A DNA stretch of 64,000 bases from Lachnospiraceae bacterium (GTDB lineage: Bacteria; Bacillota; Clostridia; Lachnospirales; Lachnospiraceae), in assembly GCA_963643215.1 (NCBI GenBank), contig CAVIJY010000002.1:1073-65072 (forward strand). Direction: 5' to 3'. The position numbers and the translations under genes were made by a program. Below, in pieces: positions 1 to 10,372 of the stretch. The notes beneath the pieces are model-generated. The model did not search any database. It was given only the letters and a program-made list of their open reading frames with translations, and was not told the DNA's origin. Numbering within the stretch: the stretch's first letter is position 1; each line of letters begins with the position of its first letter.

Positions 1-63
1 TCCGCATGCCGTAAGACTCACGAGCATGCCTGCGGCAAGCATCATTGCCAGTATCTTTTTCAT
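1..63 (-). CDS. 5' end of a lipoprotein gene truncated by the window edge (MKKILAMMLAAGMLVSLTACG...)
   Basis: ATG at 63-61 follows a GGAGGAG Shine-Dalgarno at 73-79. The hydrophobic signal ends in lipobox L-T-A-C. It is absent from the ORF track only because it is truncated. Confidence 0.45.
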   Translation of the reverse strand, partial: MKKILAMMLAAGMLVSLTACG

Positions 64-108
64 AATAAATATCTCCTCCTGTTCTCGTCTGTCAACGATC
101 ATCTGTGA

Positions 109-1734
109 TTATTCTACCTTATTTTTCCTGTACTTCAAGCCCTTGTGCATTGTAAATGCGGCGATGCACGCCCATACTGCGCCAAGTCCGCCCAGCAGAG
201 CCCTTGCTCCGGCGGGCAGCGGTCCCAGGTCTCTTTCTCCTGCTCCCGCATCCGTCACGGTCTGATCCAGCCTGTACAGAGATGTCATATCAGCATACAG
301 GTTCTCTATATAGGCATCGTCTACCGTCTTTTTGCGCCGCACCGACTTGACCACATCCTCTATCATCTCTCCGGCGGCCTGACGAAGCGACGCGGATCCG
401 TTGAATACCGGAGTTACAAATGTATCCTGAGTATGATCTATCAGCAGCTGTGTCGCCTTTATCTTGACATCATAGTGCTGCGAGTCGTCCTCTCCGCTGC
501 GGCTCAGATAGTCCTGATATTCATCCGACTCCCGTGCGCATACAGTCACGGGCACATAGCCCTCCGTCTGCGCATATGCAGTCTGCACGCCGTCAGAGAG
601 CAGATATTGTACGAACAGCCATGCGGCGAGCACCTCCTGCGGATCCCTTTTATTGAATATACATATCGACGGTCCCTGAGATATCATCTTCGGATCAGAC
701 GGGTCAAGCTGCGGCACTGTCATTACTTCCGTTCTGAATTCTACCTTTTTTTCCTCCGCAATATCCGAAAGCGGCGCATTGCTGCCCATCCATGTCGAGC
801 CTGCGGATGAGTCAACGGCAAATATGCATTGTCCGGCATTCAGAAAATTCGCCGGATAGCCTGATATGGCAAATGTTGAAAATGCTCTGGATGCCGCATG
901 CTCCCTGACCTCCCGGAGCACCTGCGTTGTCTCATCCGAAAAGATCAGCACATTTCCCTCATCATCGGAATACGGCGCACCCATCTGTCTGAGTATGGTT
1001 ATCATCATATTGTCAGTTGACTTATAGATGAACGGTATGAGAACCTTCTGGCCGTTCAGGACAAATGTTCCGTCGTCGGCTTTTGCCATGGCGGCCTCAG
1101 ATACCTCCCATACATAATCCCATGTCAGCACATCCGGAAGCGTATATCCGAGCCTTTCAACCAGATCACGGTTTACATAGCATATCTCGGTGGAGCGCAC
1201 AAAAGGAACCGCATAGTAATGCCCGGAGAAGTAGCACTCGCTCATATACTCCTCTATCATATCCTCCCGCTCCGGCCCCTTATAGGCGAGCTCACTTCCG
1301 CCGAAGCCGTATCGTTCATCCGACATTAGCTCATCCAACTGGGCGACCGTGCCCTCGCCTGTCAGATATGTGGCTATATGGTCAGGATATGTGATGCAGA
1401 CATTGGGCGTGGTATCCGTTGATATATTCGTGATCACATCATTGTATATCCTCGAATAGTCAGTATACATCTTGGTATTGATCCTGATATTCGGATAGAG
1501 TGCCTCAAAGTCCCGGACCGCCTTCTCATATGCCAGCGTCTGATTCTTATTTGTCTCGTTTTTCGCCCAGAATGTGATCTCATAGCTTCGTGAAGTATCA
1601 AAGCTGTCCGGCATCACAAACTCCTTAGCCGCCTGCTCTCCGTGACAGCCTGTCATGAGCAGCACGCAGATGCAGAGCCATGCCGGACTCAAAAGGCGCA
1701 GCCATGCGCCCCGTGAAGCCGCAGCTGCCTTCAT
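109..1734 (-). CDS. ABC transporter extracellular solute-binding lipoprotein (carbohydrate type) with an extra C-terminal hydrophobic tail
   Basis: 541-aa ORF with lipoprotein signal LLMTGC. It is the last gene of an ATPase-permease-permease-SBP operon. The C-terminus is LPAGARALLGGLGAVWACIAAFTMHKGLKYRKNKVE. Confidence 0.8.
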   Translation of the reverse strand: MKAAAASRGAWLRLLSPAWLCICVLLMTGCHGEQAAKEFVMPDSFDTSRSYEITFWAKNETNKNQTLAYEKAVRDFEALYPNIRINTKMYTDYSRIYNDVITNISTDTTPNVCITYPDHIATYLTGEGTVAQLDELMSDERYGFGGSELAYKGPEREDMIEEYMSECYFSGHYYAVPFVRSTEICYVNRDLVERLGYTLPDVLTWDYVWEVSEAAMAKADDGTFVLNGQKVLIPFIYKSTDNMMITILRQMGAPYSDDEGNVLIFSDETTQVLREVREHAASRAFSTFAISGYPANFLNAGQCIFAVDSSAGSTWMGSNAPLSDIAEEKKVEFRTEVMTVPQLDPSDPKMISQGPSICIFNKRDPQEVLAAWLFVQYLLSDGVQTAYAQTEGYVPVTVCARESDEYQDYLSRSGEDDSQHYDVKIKATQLLIDHTQDTFVTPVFNGSASLRQAAGEMIEDVVKSVRRKKTVDDAYIENLYADMTSLYRLDQTVTDAGAGERDLGPLPAGARALLGGLGAVWACIAAFTMHKGLKYRKNKVE

Positions 1735-2594
1735 CCCTTTGTTCCTCCTCTCGATACACCCTCCATGATACGCTTTCTGAATATCAGAAACAGCACTATG
1801 ATCGGCACGGATATCATCACGACGGCCGCCATCATGGCAGGGACATTTTCCCGGCCGAAGCCGTTTTCGCGGATCTGCTGTATACCGTTTGAAACAAGAA
1901 AACGGCTTTGATCATCCGTGATAAGTCTCGGCCATGCATACGAGTTCCAGCACTCGATCACCTTAAGGATCGTGACGGTGACTATGGTCGGTCTTGATAT
2001 GGGGATCATGATTCTCAGAAGATATCTCAGATCCGAGGCCCCGTCTATCTTTGCAGCCTTGTACAGATTCTCCGGAATCATCTCGAAGTTTTCCTTCAGC
2101 AGATAGATATAAAATACCGATGTCACCGACGGAAGTATCAGACCCGAGAATGTGTTGCGCATACCGAGATTTGTTATGGTTACAAAGTTTGTGATGATGA
2201 CAAGCTCCGACGGAACCATCATCAGGGAAAGCAGTAGCGTAAACAGAACACCCTTTCCTTTAAAATCAAGCCTCGCAAATGCATATGCCGCCAGGACAGA
2301 TACCACCAGCATAAGCCCGGTTGTCACAGCCGCGTATATGACAGTATTGATCAGATACCGCATGAGCGGAACCTCTGTATATGCCTGTATATAGTTTTCA
2401 AGTGTAGGAGACGCCGTAAAAAGCTGAGGTATATATTCTGAATTGTATGCGCCGTAGCTTTTCAGAGATGTAAGTATCATCCAGTAAAAGGGAAACAGCA
2501 CGATGAACGCCCAGACCGTAAGCAGCGCATATATGACCGCTCGGCGGGCAGCTATGCCCCGGCGTATATTGCGATTTTTCATATCTCCGCTCAT
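1731..2594 (-). CDS. ABC transporter permease (MalG/UgpE-like)
   Basis: Multi-TM protein with a typical binding-protein-dependent transport motif region. The start was trimmed to the ATG at 2594, which overlaps the upstream stop (ATGA). Confidence 0.85.
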   Translation of the reverse strand: MSGDMKNRNIRRGIAARRAVIYALLTVWAFIVLFPFYWMILTSLKSYGAYNSEYIPQLFTASPTLENYIQAYTEVPLMRYLINTVIYAAVTTGLMLVVSVLAAYAFARLDFKGKGVLFTLLLSLMMVPSELVIITNFVTITNLGMRNTFSGLILPSVTSVFYIYLLKENFEMIPENLYKAAKIDGASDLRYLLRIMIPISRPTIVTVTILKVIECWNSYAWPRLITDDQSRFLVSNGIQQIRENGFGRENVPAMMAAVVMISVPIIVLFLIFRKRIMEGVSRGGTKG

Positions 2595-3502
2595 ACGGAC
2601 TCCCTTCTGATCATGAGATTTATGCATGTGACCGTCAGCACTATCACAAACAGAATCAGCGCTGCGGCGGATGCATACGACGGATAACCGCCGCTGTTGC
2701 CGTAGAGCATGTCATATATATAGCCGACTATAGTATTCATGCCTGCTGCATTAAGATCCGTTCCGAAGAGAGCCACGGCATCGCTGTATGCCTTGAAGGC
2801 TCCTATGAATCCGGTGATCACCAGATAAAAGATCATCGGAGATATCATCGGAAGAGTGATCCTGAAAAAGATGGCTGTTGAACCGGCCCCGTCAAGCTTG
2901 GCAGCGGCATAGTAGTTTCTGTCCACGGATGCCAGAGCACTGGTAAGTATCAGTATCTTAAATGGCAGCACTACCCATACAGTATAGATGCACAGCATCG
3001 TCATCTTCGCCCAGTACGGCCCTGTCACAAAATCAACGGACTGTCCCCCCGCCATATGTATGAGTGCATTGATCATCCCCTCCGAATAGGGTGTGGTTTT
3101 GAACAGTATCATGAAGACGAGCCCTACGGCCAGCGTGTTGGTCACATAGGGCAGAAAATATATCGTCTGATAGAGCTCTCTGAGCTTTGAGATCGAGCAA
3201 AGCCCGAGCGATATCATAAGCGCAAGACATGTTGATACAGGCACCGTGATGCCTACCAGTATAAACGTGTTTTTCAGAGCCTGAAGAAAGTAAATATCAT
3301 GCAGGACATAGGAGAAGTTATACCATCCCACTCCGAAATATCTTCCCGACGCAAAGTTATATCCCTCCTCAAGGGAGTATATGATGACATCTATGAGCGG
3401 ATAAACCATAAAGACCGCAAGAAATATTCCTGCAGGAAGCAGGTATATCAGCGGCCTGATATGCTTGTATACTCCCCGGCGTTGCAAACCGTCTTCTTTC
3501 AT
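2591..3502 (-). CDS. ABC transporter permease (MalF/UgpA-like)
   Basis: 303-aa multi-TM ORF. Its start overlaps the stop of the ATPase gene. Confidence 0.85.
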   Translation of the reverse strand: MKEDGLQRRGVYKHIRPLIYLLPAGIFLAVFMVYPLIDVIIYSLEEGYNFASGRYFGVGWYNFSYVLHDIYFLQALKNTFILVGITVPVSTCLALMISLGLCSISKLRELYQTIYFLPYVTNTLAVGLVFMILFKTTPYSEGMINALIHMAGGQSVDFVTGPYWAKMTMLCIYTVWVVLPFKILILTSALASVDRNYYAAAKLDGAGSTAIFFRITLPMISPMIFYLVITGFIGAFKAYSDAVALFGTDLNAAGMNTIVGYIYDMLYGNSGGYPSYASAAALILFVIVLTVTCINLMIRRESV

Positions 3503-4590
3503 CTGATGCGCCCCTGTGTCTGTCTGTCAAAAACCAGCAGCTTCTCCGGTCTTACGGTAAACCGGATCCGATCGCCCTGCTTTGCACCCGCAGAAGCTGC
3601 CGGTACTATGCTGCGCATGACCGGAGCCTCGCATTCCGCATGACTGCACAGCAGGCTTGTATCTCTCCCCATGACCTCAACCCGCTGCAAAGTACACGAA
3701 AGCGGGCCGTCCTTATCAGGGATGAAGCCCTCAGGACGGATACATACATATACATCCTTTTCCTCTGTGCCTGACACGATGCTGCCCACAGCATTATCTC
3801 CGATGTATACTCCTGTGCCGCGTATTCTGCCTTTGAATACATTGATCTGCGGTGTTCCAAGAAATCTGGCCACAAAGAGATTAACCGGATCATCATATAC
3901 ATCCTGCGGTCTGCCTATCTGCTGAAGCTTCCCTGCGTTCATCACTATAATGAGATCTGATATGCTCATGGCCTCATCCTGATCATGAGTGACAAACACG
4001 GTTGTTATCCCGGTTTCCTTCTGTATCCGGCGTATCTCCTCACGCGTTTGCAGACGGAGTCTTGCATCAAGATTGGACAGCGGCTCGTCCAGCAGCAGCA
4101 CAGACGGCATCCTTACAAGCGCTCTCGCTATCGCCACCCTCTGCTGCTGACCTCCGGAGAGCTGCGAAGGCTTTCTGTCAAGCTGCTCCTCTATCTGCAC
4201 CAGCCTGGCGGCCTCCAGCACCTTTTCCTTCATGGCCTCCCTTGAGAGTCTCCTGTCCTTTTTTACATTTTCAAGCGGAAAACGGATATTCTGCTCCACG
4301 GTCATATGCGGATAGAGAGCGTAATTCTGGAATACCATGCCCACGCCCCGATGCTCCGGCGGCACATCTGTCATATCGGCATCATCAAACCATATATGTC
4401 CGCTTGTCGGGCTTTCCAGTCCGCATATAAGATTCAGGGTTGTGCTTTTGCCGCATCCCGACGGTCCCAGCAGTGCCACCAGCTTCCCGTCCGGAATCTC
4501 AAAGTTAAAATCATCCACGGCAGTCACAGGTCTTTGCCCTCTCTGCCTGTCAAATATCTTGGTCAGATTTTCAAGAACAACCTTCATCAT
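3499..4590 (-). CDS. ABC transporter ATP-binding protein (MalK/MsmX/UgpC-like)
   Basis: Walker [10 protein letters not shown], signature [15 protein letters not shown] and Walker B LLLDEPLSNLD. A C-terminal MalK-like regulatory domain is present. Confidence 0.9.
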   Translation of the reverse strand: MMKVVLENLTKIFDRQRGQRPVTAVDDFNFEIPDGKLVALLGPSGCGKSTTLNLICGLESPTSGHIWFDDADMTDVPPEHRGVGMVFQNYALYPHMTVEQNIRFPLENVKKDRRLSREAMKEKVLEAARLVQIEEQLDRKPSQLSGGQQQRVAIARALVRMPSVLLLDEPLSNLDARLRLQTREEIRRIQKETGITTVFVTHDQDEAMSISDLIIVMNAGKLQQIGRPQDVYDDPVNLFVARFLGTPQINVFKGRIRGTGVYIGDNAVGSIVSGTEEKDVYVCIRPEGFIPDKDGPLSCTLQRVEVMGRDTSLLCSHAECEAPVMRSIVPAASAGAKQGDRIRFTVRPEKLLVFDRQTQGRIR

Positions 4591-4796
4591 TGTCCTCCAG
4601 ATTCAAGCACAAGCTGTGCTTGCTTCCAAACTTATCTCCTTGCTGCATACCGGTTTATTATATCAAACCGGTGCCGTGATTTCACAAAAATATGTAACTG
4701 CTCAGAGCCAAGCAAAATTTCGTAAATCAGACGAGAAATGCGAAGCATTTTGGAGGTTGGCTCTGAACAGTTACAAAAATATCAGCTCATGACACA

Positions 4797-4833
4797 CTTA
4801 AAAGACCCGGAGCAGTTTCATGCTGCCCGGGTC
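4797..4833 (-). terminator. Intrinsic terminator after phoR
   Basis: Minus strand reads GACCCGGGCAGC-loop-GCTCCGGGTC followed by TTTTAAG, 24 nt after the phoR stop. Confidence 0.55.
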
Positions 4834-4856
4834 GTAGTATAAATGTATGGCACATC

Positions 4857-6503
4857 TTAAAATGTAACCGAAATCGCGGTTCCCTTGTCGGGAGCACTTT
4901 CGATCTCAAGCTTTGCGTGATGATACTGCGCTGCATGCTTGACGATGGAGAGCCCCAGCCCTGTCCCGCCTGACTGCTTTGAGTGGCTCTTGTCAACTCT
5001 GAAGAATCGTTCAAATATCTTATCCTGATACTCCGGTGCTACTCCGATGCCTGTGTCCGCCACCCGAAGTCGCACATGCCCTTCATCATCCGACACAGAT
5101 ACTTTCACCTTGCCATCGATCTTATTGTATTTTATGGCATTGTCGCACAGATTGTATACTATCTCATACAGCAGCCGTCTCACACCGTTTACCATACCGT
5201 CGTCGCCCTCTATCTCAAATGTGATATTCTTCGCGGCGGCAGCATCCGACAGAGTCGCGCCCACTTCCTCTGCCACAGCCTTAAGCGATACATCCTCTCT
5301 GGGCATATCATCACCCTCGTCGAGCTGTGACAGCTTTATGATATCGTCTATCAAGGCTACAAGCCTCTCAGCCTCCTTGCGTATACGCTTTGTGAAGCGC
5401 GGCACATCCTCTTCCTTAACTATACCGTTTTCCATAAGCTCGGCAGAGCCTATGATCGACTGCAGCGGCGTTTTGAGCTCGTGGGAGACATTGGCTGTAA
5501 ACTCCTGACGGTTTTTCTCCGCATTGACCTGATCCGTTATGTCAAAGGCCATCAGCGCCATGCCGTATGTTCCCGCATCGGAATCAATGCGATTCATATC
5601 GAATTGATATATAAGCCCGTTTCTAATCTCTCTGAATGACGAATGTCCCTGCGCCTTCGTTTCTTCAAGCGCAATCCTCATGTCCTGTCTGCGGTCTATG
5701 GAAAGTATATCCGCTCCGGCCTGCACATCTCCAAGCCCGTAGAGCCTTCTGGCTGCCTGATTCAGCGTGAGCACCCGGCCGGACGCGTCTGTCAGTATAA
5801 GAGCCTCTCTCAGATTGTTTGTTATCTTGTCAAATTCCTCCCGCTTTTCCCTGAGCGTCATCATCTGGCTTTTTATCTGCTGCTGCTGTACATGAATACG
5901 ACGAAGCAGCGGCGATATCTCATCGTATGCATCATTTTCCAGCGGAGCATCCAGATTCAGCTCGTTGAGAGGCTTTACAACATCCTTTGCGACCCGTCTC
6001 GACAGCCATGCCGACAGCGCTATGGCAAGAACAGCCAGTATGCAGATAGGACGCGCCATACCCATAACCAGAAGCAGCGCAGTCGCGGTGCTCACCGAGA
6101 TACGCAGGACGCTTCCGTCCGAGAGCCGTTTTGCCTCATACATGGTCTGCTGCATCAGTGTGATCGACTTTCTGACGCTGCTTCCCTTACCGGTCTCCAG
6201 TGCCTCTCTGATCTCTTCGCGATCCGCGTGATTCTCCATAGATGCCGCATCAGCCTGATTGTCATACAGAACTCTCCCGTCCGGCGCAACAAGCGTCAAT
6301 CTGTAGTCATCAAGTTTCAGCCTTGACAGATAATCCGTGCCCAGCTCCTGCACAGCCTCTGCGGCAAATGTCAGCTCGTCCTGAAGCTGCATTTTCTGAA
6401 GCTGCGTAAAGTAAGGATACAGTATGCCGACTATGACGATGAGTCCTGCCAGCAGAACACCCAGGGCAACATTTAGCGTGGATCTGAATATCTTACCTGC
6501 CAT
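4857..6503 (-). CDS. phoR: Phosphate-regulon sensor histidine kinase (PhoR-like)
   Basis: TM region, PAS-like region, H-box SHELKTPL and HATPase motifs (DNAIKY, DTGIGV, GGTGLGLSIV). The start was trimmed to MAGKIF, which overlaps the response-regulator stop. It sits directly downstream of pst-phoU-phoP. Confidence 0.8.
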   Translation of the reverse strand: MAGKIFRSTLNVALGVLLAGLIVIVGILYPYFTQLQKMQLQDELTFAAEAVQELGTDYLSRLKLDDYRLTLVAPDGRVLYDNQADAASMENHADREEIREALETGKGSSVRKSITLMQQTMYEAKRLSDGSVLRISVSTATALLLVMGMARPICILAVLAIALSAWLSRRVAKDVVKPLNELNLDAPLENDAYDEISPLLRRIHVQQQQIKSQMMTLREKREEFDKITNNLREALILTDASGRVLTLNQAARRLYGLGDVQAGADILSIDRRQDMRIALEETKAQGHSSFREIRNGLIYQFDMNRIDSDAGTYGMALMAFDITDQVNAEKNRQEFTANVSHELKTPLQSIIGSAELMENGIVKEEDVPRFTKRIRKEAERLVALIDDIIKLSQLDEGDDMPREDVSLKAVAEEVGATLSDAAAAKNITFEIEGDDGMVNGVRRLLYEIVYNLCDNAIKYNKIDGKVKVSVSDDEGHVRLRVADTGIGVAPEYQDKIFERFFRVDKSHSKQSGGTGLGLSIVKHAAQYHHAKLEIESAPDKGTAISVTF

Positions 6504-7174
6504 CAGTCTGCCTCCCATCGATACCCGACATTTCTCACAGTCTCTATGTGAGAGCCGTAATCTCCAAGCTTCTGACGCAATGTCCTGATATGAGCATCCA
6601 GCGTTCTGGTGTCTCCCATATAGTCCATATCCCACACCTGCGAGAAAAGCTGCTCCCTTGTATATACCTTGCCCGCATGAGACAGAAACATACGCAGCAG
6701 CTCAAATTCCTTATATGTGAGCTGCACCCGCTCTCCGTCTGCCGTGACTGTTCTCTCATCAAGATTGACTATCAGGCCTCCCGCCTTCAGAAGCGTTGAT
6801 ACCTGCATCGGCTGACTTCTGCGAAGGACCGCCCTGACTCTGGACACCATCTCCATCACGCTGAAGGGCTTTACGATATAATCATCCGCCCCCAGATCGA
6901 GCCCTTTGATCCTGTCATATTCCTGTCCGCTGGCTGTGGCAAGAATCACCGGGATGGATCTGTAGGCCGCGGACTCCTTCATCCTTGTAAGCAGCTCCAT
7001 GCCGTTCATTCCCGGAAGCATCACATCAAGAACTATGAGCTCGGGCGTCTCCTTTTTCAGTGCCTCCCAGCATGACAGCCCGTCCTCATAACCCCTTGTC
7101 TCAAAGCCCGCGGATTCAAGCGCATACAGCTCTATATCTCTGATCCCGCTGTCATCCTCAACACACCAGATCAC
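6503..7174 (-). CDS. phoP: OmpR/PhoB-family response regulator
   Basis: A receiver domain (DDSGIRD...VLDVMLPGMNG) is joined to a winged-helix C-terminus (VRNVGYRW). Its position in the pho operon supports the call. Confidence 0.85.
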   Translation of the reverse strand: MIWCVEDDSGIRDIELYALESAGFETRGYEDGLSCWEALKKETPELIVLDVMLPGMNGMELLTRMKESAAYRSIPVILATASGQEYDRIKGLDLGADDYIVKPFSVMEMVSRVRAVLRRSQPMQVSTLLKAGGLIVNLDERTVTADGERVQLTYKEFELLRMFLSHAGKVYTREQLFSQVWDMDYMGDTRTLDAHIRTLRQKLGDYGSHIETVRNVGYRWEAD

Positions 7175-7830
7175 AGCTGCACCCCCTCATTTTCCTCGTG
7201 AACTCCCGTTACGGCATATATAACCCACTCGGCTATATTGGTTGCGTGATCTCCGATGCGCTCCAGATACTTCGTGATCATAAGTATATCCAGAGCAAAT
7301 TCTCCGTCCGACGGATTGTTCTTGATGAGCGTGATCAGATTGCTCTTGATTTTGTTGAAATAGTCGTCCACGATATCATCGCGGTTTATCACATCCTGTG
7401 CCAGATCCACATCCTTTTTGACAAATGCATCCACGCTTGATGTCACCATCCCCATAGTCTCGTTGACCATCTCGCGCAGAAGCTCAAGATTGTCAGTCGT
7501 CCGGCCGTTCAGAAACTCCACTATCTCGGATATATCCTCGGCCTGATCTCCGATCCGCTCCATATCAGTTATCATCTTCAGCGCCGCCGATATCTGACGT
7601 AGATCCCTCGCCACAGGCTGCTGATGAAGCAGCAGCTTCATACAGCTGCTTTCTATATCTCTCTCCATCTGATCTATGGCAGGCCCGTTGACGCGCACCT
7701 TTCTGGCAAGCTGCGTATCTCCGTCACCGAGTGCCTTGAAGGCCGAGCCTATAGCTTCCTCACACATGGCTCCCATCTCTATGATTTTTCGGTTGAGCTC
7801 AAACAGCTCCTCATCAAAACGGTTTCTCAT
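7171..7830 (-). CDS. phoU: Phosphate signalling complex protein PhoU
   Basis: 219 aa with two PhoU repeats (ERIGDQAEDI and ERIGDHATNIAEW), immediately after pstB. Confidence 0.9.
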   Translation of the reverse strand: MRNRFDEELFELNRKIIEMGAMCEEAIGSAFKALGDGDTQLARKVRVNGPAIDQMERDIESSCMKLLLHQQPVARDLRQISAALKMITDMERIGDQAEDISEIVEFLNGRTTDNLELLREMVNETMGMVTSSVDAFVKKDVDLAQDVINRDDIVDDYFNKIKSNLITLIKNNPSDGEFALDILMITKYLERIGDHATNIAEWVIYAVTGVHEENEGVQL

Positions 7831-8585
7831 CAGCCAAACCTCCCCGTTATATAATCCTCTGTACGCTTGTCCTTCGGCTGGGAGAATATATCATCGGTCT
7901 TTCCGAACTCGACAAGCTCTCCCAGCAGGAAAAATGCTGTATAGTCAGATACACGCACCGCCTGCTGCATATTGTGTGTGACCATAACTATCGTATACCT
8001 TTCCTTCAGCTCCATCACCAGCTCCTCGATATGCGATGTCGATATGGGATCCAGCGCCGATGTGGGCTCGTCCATCAGCAGCACCTTCGGCTGCACGGCC
8101 AGCGCTCTTGCTATGCACAGACGCTGCTGCTGCCCGCCCGACATCCCCAGAGCATTTTTCTTCAGTCTGTCCTTGACCTCATCCCATATCGCCGCTCCGC
8201 GAAGCGCCTGCTCGACTATCTCATCGAGCTGGGTCTTGTTCGTGATGCCGTGTGTGCGCGGTCCGTATGCAATATTATCATATATGCTCATAGGAAACGG
8301 GTTCGGCTTCTGAAATACCATTCCGATCTCCTTGCGCAGATTGTTCACATCCACATCCCCGGCAAATATATCATGACCGTCGTAGCATACCTTTCCTGTG
8401 ATCCTCACTGAGGGTATCAGATCATTCATCCGGTTGAGTGACTTCAGAAATGTCGACTTCCCGCACCCGGACGGGCCGATAAGCGCGGTGATGCACTTCT
8501 CGGGTATATCTATATTTATATTCTTAAGCGCCTGATGGTCTCCGTACCACAGGCACATATCCTTTACCGTTATAATTGAATTCAT
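7830..8585 (-). CDS. pstB: Phosphate ABC transporter ATP-binding protein PstB
   Basis: Walker [10 protein letters not shown], signature [15 protein letters not shown] and the PstB-typical C-terminus YITGRFG. Confidence 0.95.
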   Translation of the reverse strand: MNSIITVKDMCLWYGDHQALKNINIDIPEKCITALIGPSGCGKSTFLKSLNRMNDLIPSVRITGKVCYDGHDIFAGDVDVNNLRKEIGMVFQKPNPFPMSIYDNIAYGPRTHGITNKTQLDEIVEQALRGAAIWDEVKDRLKKNALGMSGGQQQRLCIARALAVQPKVLLMDEPTSALDPISTSHIEELVMELKERYTIVMVTHNMQQAVRVSDYTAFFLLGELVEFGKTDDIFSQPKDKRTEDYITGRFG

Positions 8586-9439
8586 TGGCTTCTCCTTCTC
8601 GCAAAATACTCCTGAACCAGCGTCGCCGCAAGGTTGATGATCACCGTAAGTATCATCAGTATCGAAGCTATCGCAAACGCGGCCTCAAACTCACCCTGCT
8701 CCTTGGCATATACATAAAGCGCAACCGTCAGCGTGGCTCCCGGTGATGTCAGTCCCTCCGCAAAGCCGTGCACTGTATGCGCAAATCCCGCCGTAAACAG
8801 CAATGCGGCCGACTCCCCGAGTATGCGCCCCGCAGCCAGTATGCAGCCCGTGATCACACCGTCCACGCAGTTCGGAAGCACCACGGTGCGTACCACACGC
8901 CATTTGCCGGCTCCCAGTCCGAAGGCGCCCTCACGATAGGACTGCGGCACCGTCTTCAGACTTTCCTGAGTGTTTCGCATGATGGTCGGCAGATTCATTA
9001 TAACCAAAGTCAGCGCTCCTGACAGCAGGCTCGTCCCCATAGTGTTCGAAAAAAGCAGCATTCCTGCAAGACCGTATATGACAGAGGGGATGCCGGACAG
9101 CGTTTCTGCCGCATATTCTATAAGTGCTACGATCCTTTGATTGGTCGCATATTCAGTCAGATATATGGCTGCCCCGACTCCAAGGGGAAGCACCATCAAA
9201 AGCGTTGCTATCACAATATATACCGTGTTGAGCACATCCGGAAGGATACCGATGCGGTCCGAAAGATAGCTCGGGCTTGTTGACAGCAGCTCCCATGTGA
9301 CATTGGGAAGTCCTCTTTTCATCACATATATAAGCAGAAACGCCACAAGCGCCGCCGTCAGGCCTACGGATATCAGCATGAAAGCTCTCATCCGCAGCTC
9401 ATAGCCCTTTCTCTTGCCTGATAATGATTGATTCATCAT
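8582..9439 (-). CDS. pstA: Phosphate ABC transporter permease PstA
   Basis: 285-aa multi-TM permease lying between pstC and pstB. Confidence 0.9.
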   Translation of the reverse strand: MMNQSLSGKRKGYELRMRAFMLISVGLTAALVAFLLIYVMKRGLPNVTWELLSTSPSYLSDRIGILPDVLNTVYIVIATLLMVLPLGVGAAIYLTEYATNQRIVALIEYAAETLSGIPSVIYGLAGMLLFSNTMGTSLLSGALTLVIMNLPTIMRNTQESLKTVPQSYREGAFGLGAGKWRVVRTVVLPNCVDGVITGCILAAGRILGESAALLFTAGFAHTVHGFAEGLTSPGATLTVALYVYAKEQGEFEAAFAIASILMILTVIINLAATLVQEYFARRRSQ

Positions 9440-9442
9440 GTT

Positions 9443-10372
9443 TTATTCCTTTTCATGCTTTAGAAAGAAGTTCAAAGCAGCATTGATCAGCATATTGAAG
9501 ATAAACAGGGTCAATGCTATCGAAAACAGCGCCTGTCTGTGCAATCCGCTCGAATATGACATCTCGCTGGATACTGCCGTAGTCAGAAAGCGCACGCTCT
9601 GAAACAATGAGTCCGGCATGTTCGAGGCGTTGCCGGCAACCATCATGACCGCCATGGCCTCTCCGACCGCTCTTCCTATGCCGAGCACTACAGCTGCCGC
9701 TATACCGCTTTTCGCTGCCGGGACCGATACTCTGAAATATGTCTCGATCGGCGTCGCGCCGAGCGCCAGAGATGCGTCCTCGTATTCCTTCGGTACAGCG
9801 TCAAGCGCAGTGACCGACATCTTGATGATGGAGGGCAATATCATGATGGCCAGCACAATGATCGCCGCCAGCAGACCCGCTCCGTCGGGAACTCCAAAGA
9901 TCTCCCGGATGCCGGGTACCAGAACCATCATGCCGACCAGTCCGTATACCACCGACGGGATACCCGCAAGAACACTGACTGCGGAGAGTATCGCAAATTT
10001 TGTCTTCGCCGATGCTATCTTGGAGAGGTATACCGCAGCCATAAAGCCCACCGGAACACCGAGCAGTATGGCTCCGGCTGTTCCGCACACGGTTGTCAGG
10101 ATAAACGGCAGGATACCGTACTTCGGATCGCCCGATGTAGGTGCCCACTTCCTTCCCAGCAGAAAATCCGCTATTCCTATCTCCTTTATGGCCGGTATAC
10201 CGGATATCACCAGATATGCCGTGATCAGAACAACACAGCCTACAGTGATCAGTCCGAGTATGAGAAATATCCCATGTATCAATTCTTCAATGAATGTCTT
10301 TGTCTTCATATTCAACCCGTATACAGCCAGAGCGGCCTTGTCTGTACCGCCCTGGCTGCGATTCGTCGTCAT
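9443..10372 (-). CDS. pstC: Phosphate ABC transporter permease PstC
   Basis: Multi-TM permease. The ORF-track N-terminal extension was trimmed to the ATG at 10372, which overlaps the pstS stop. Confidence 0.9.
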   Translation of the reverse strand: MTTNRSQGGTDKAALAVYGLNMKTKTFIEELIHGIFLILGLITVGCVVLITAYLVISGIPAIKEIGIADFLLGRKWAPTSGDPKYGILPFILTTVCGTAGAILLGVPVGFMAAVYLSKIASAKTKFAILSAVSVLAGIPSVVYGLVGMMVLVPGIREIFGVPDGAGLLAAIIVLAIMILPSIIKMSVTALDAVPKEYEDASLALGATPIETYFRVSVPAAKSGIAAAVVLGIGRAVGEAMAVMMVAGNASNMPDSLFQSVRFLTTAVSSEMSYSSGLHRQALFSIALTLFIFNMLINAALNFFLKHEKE

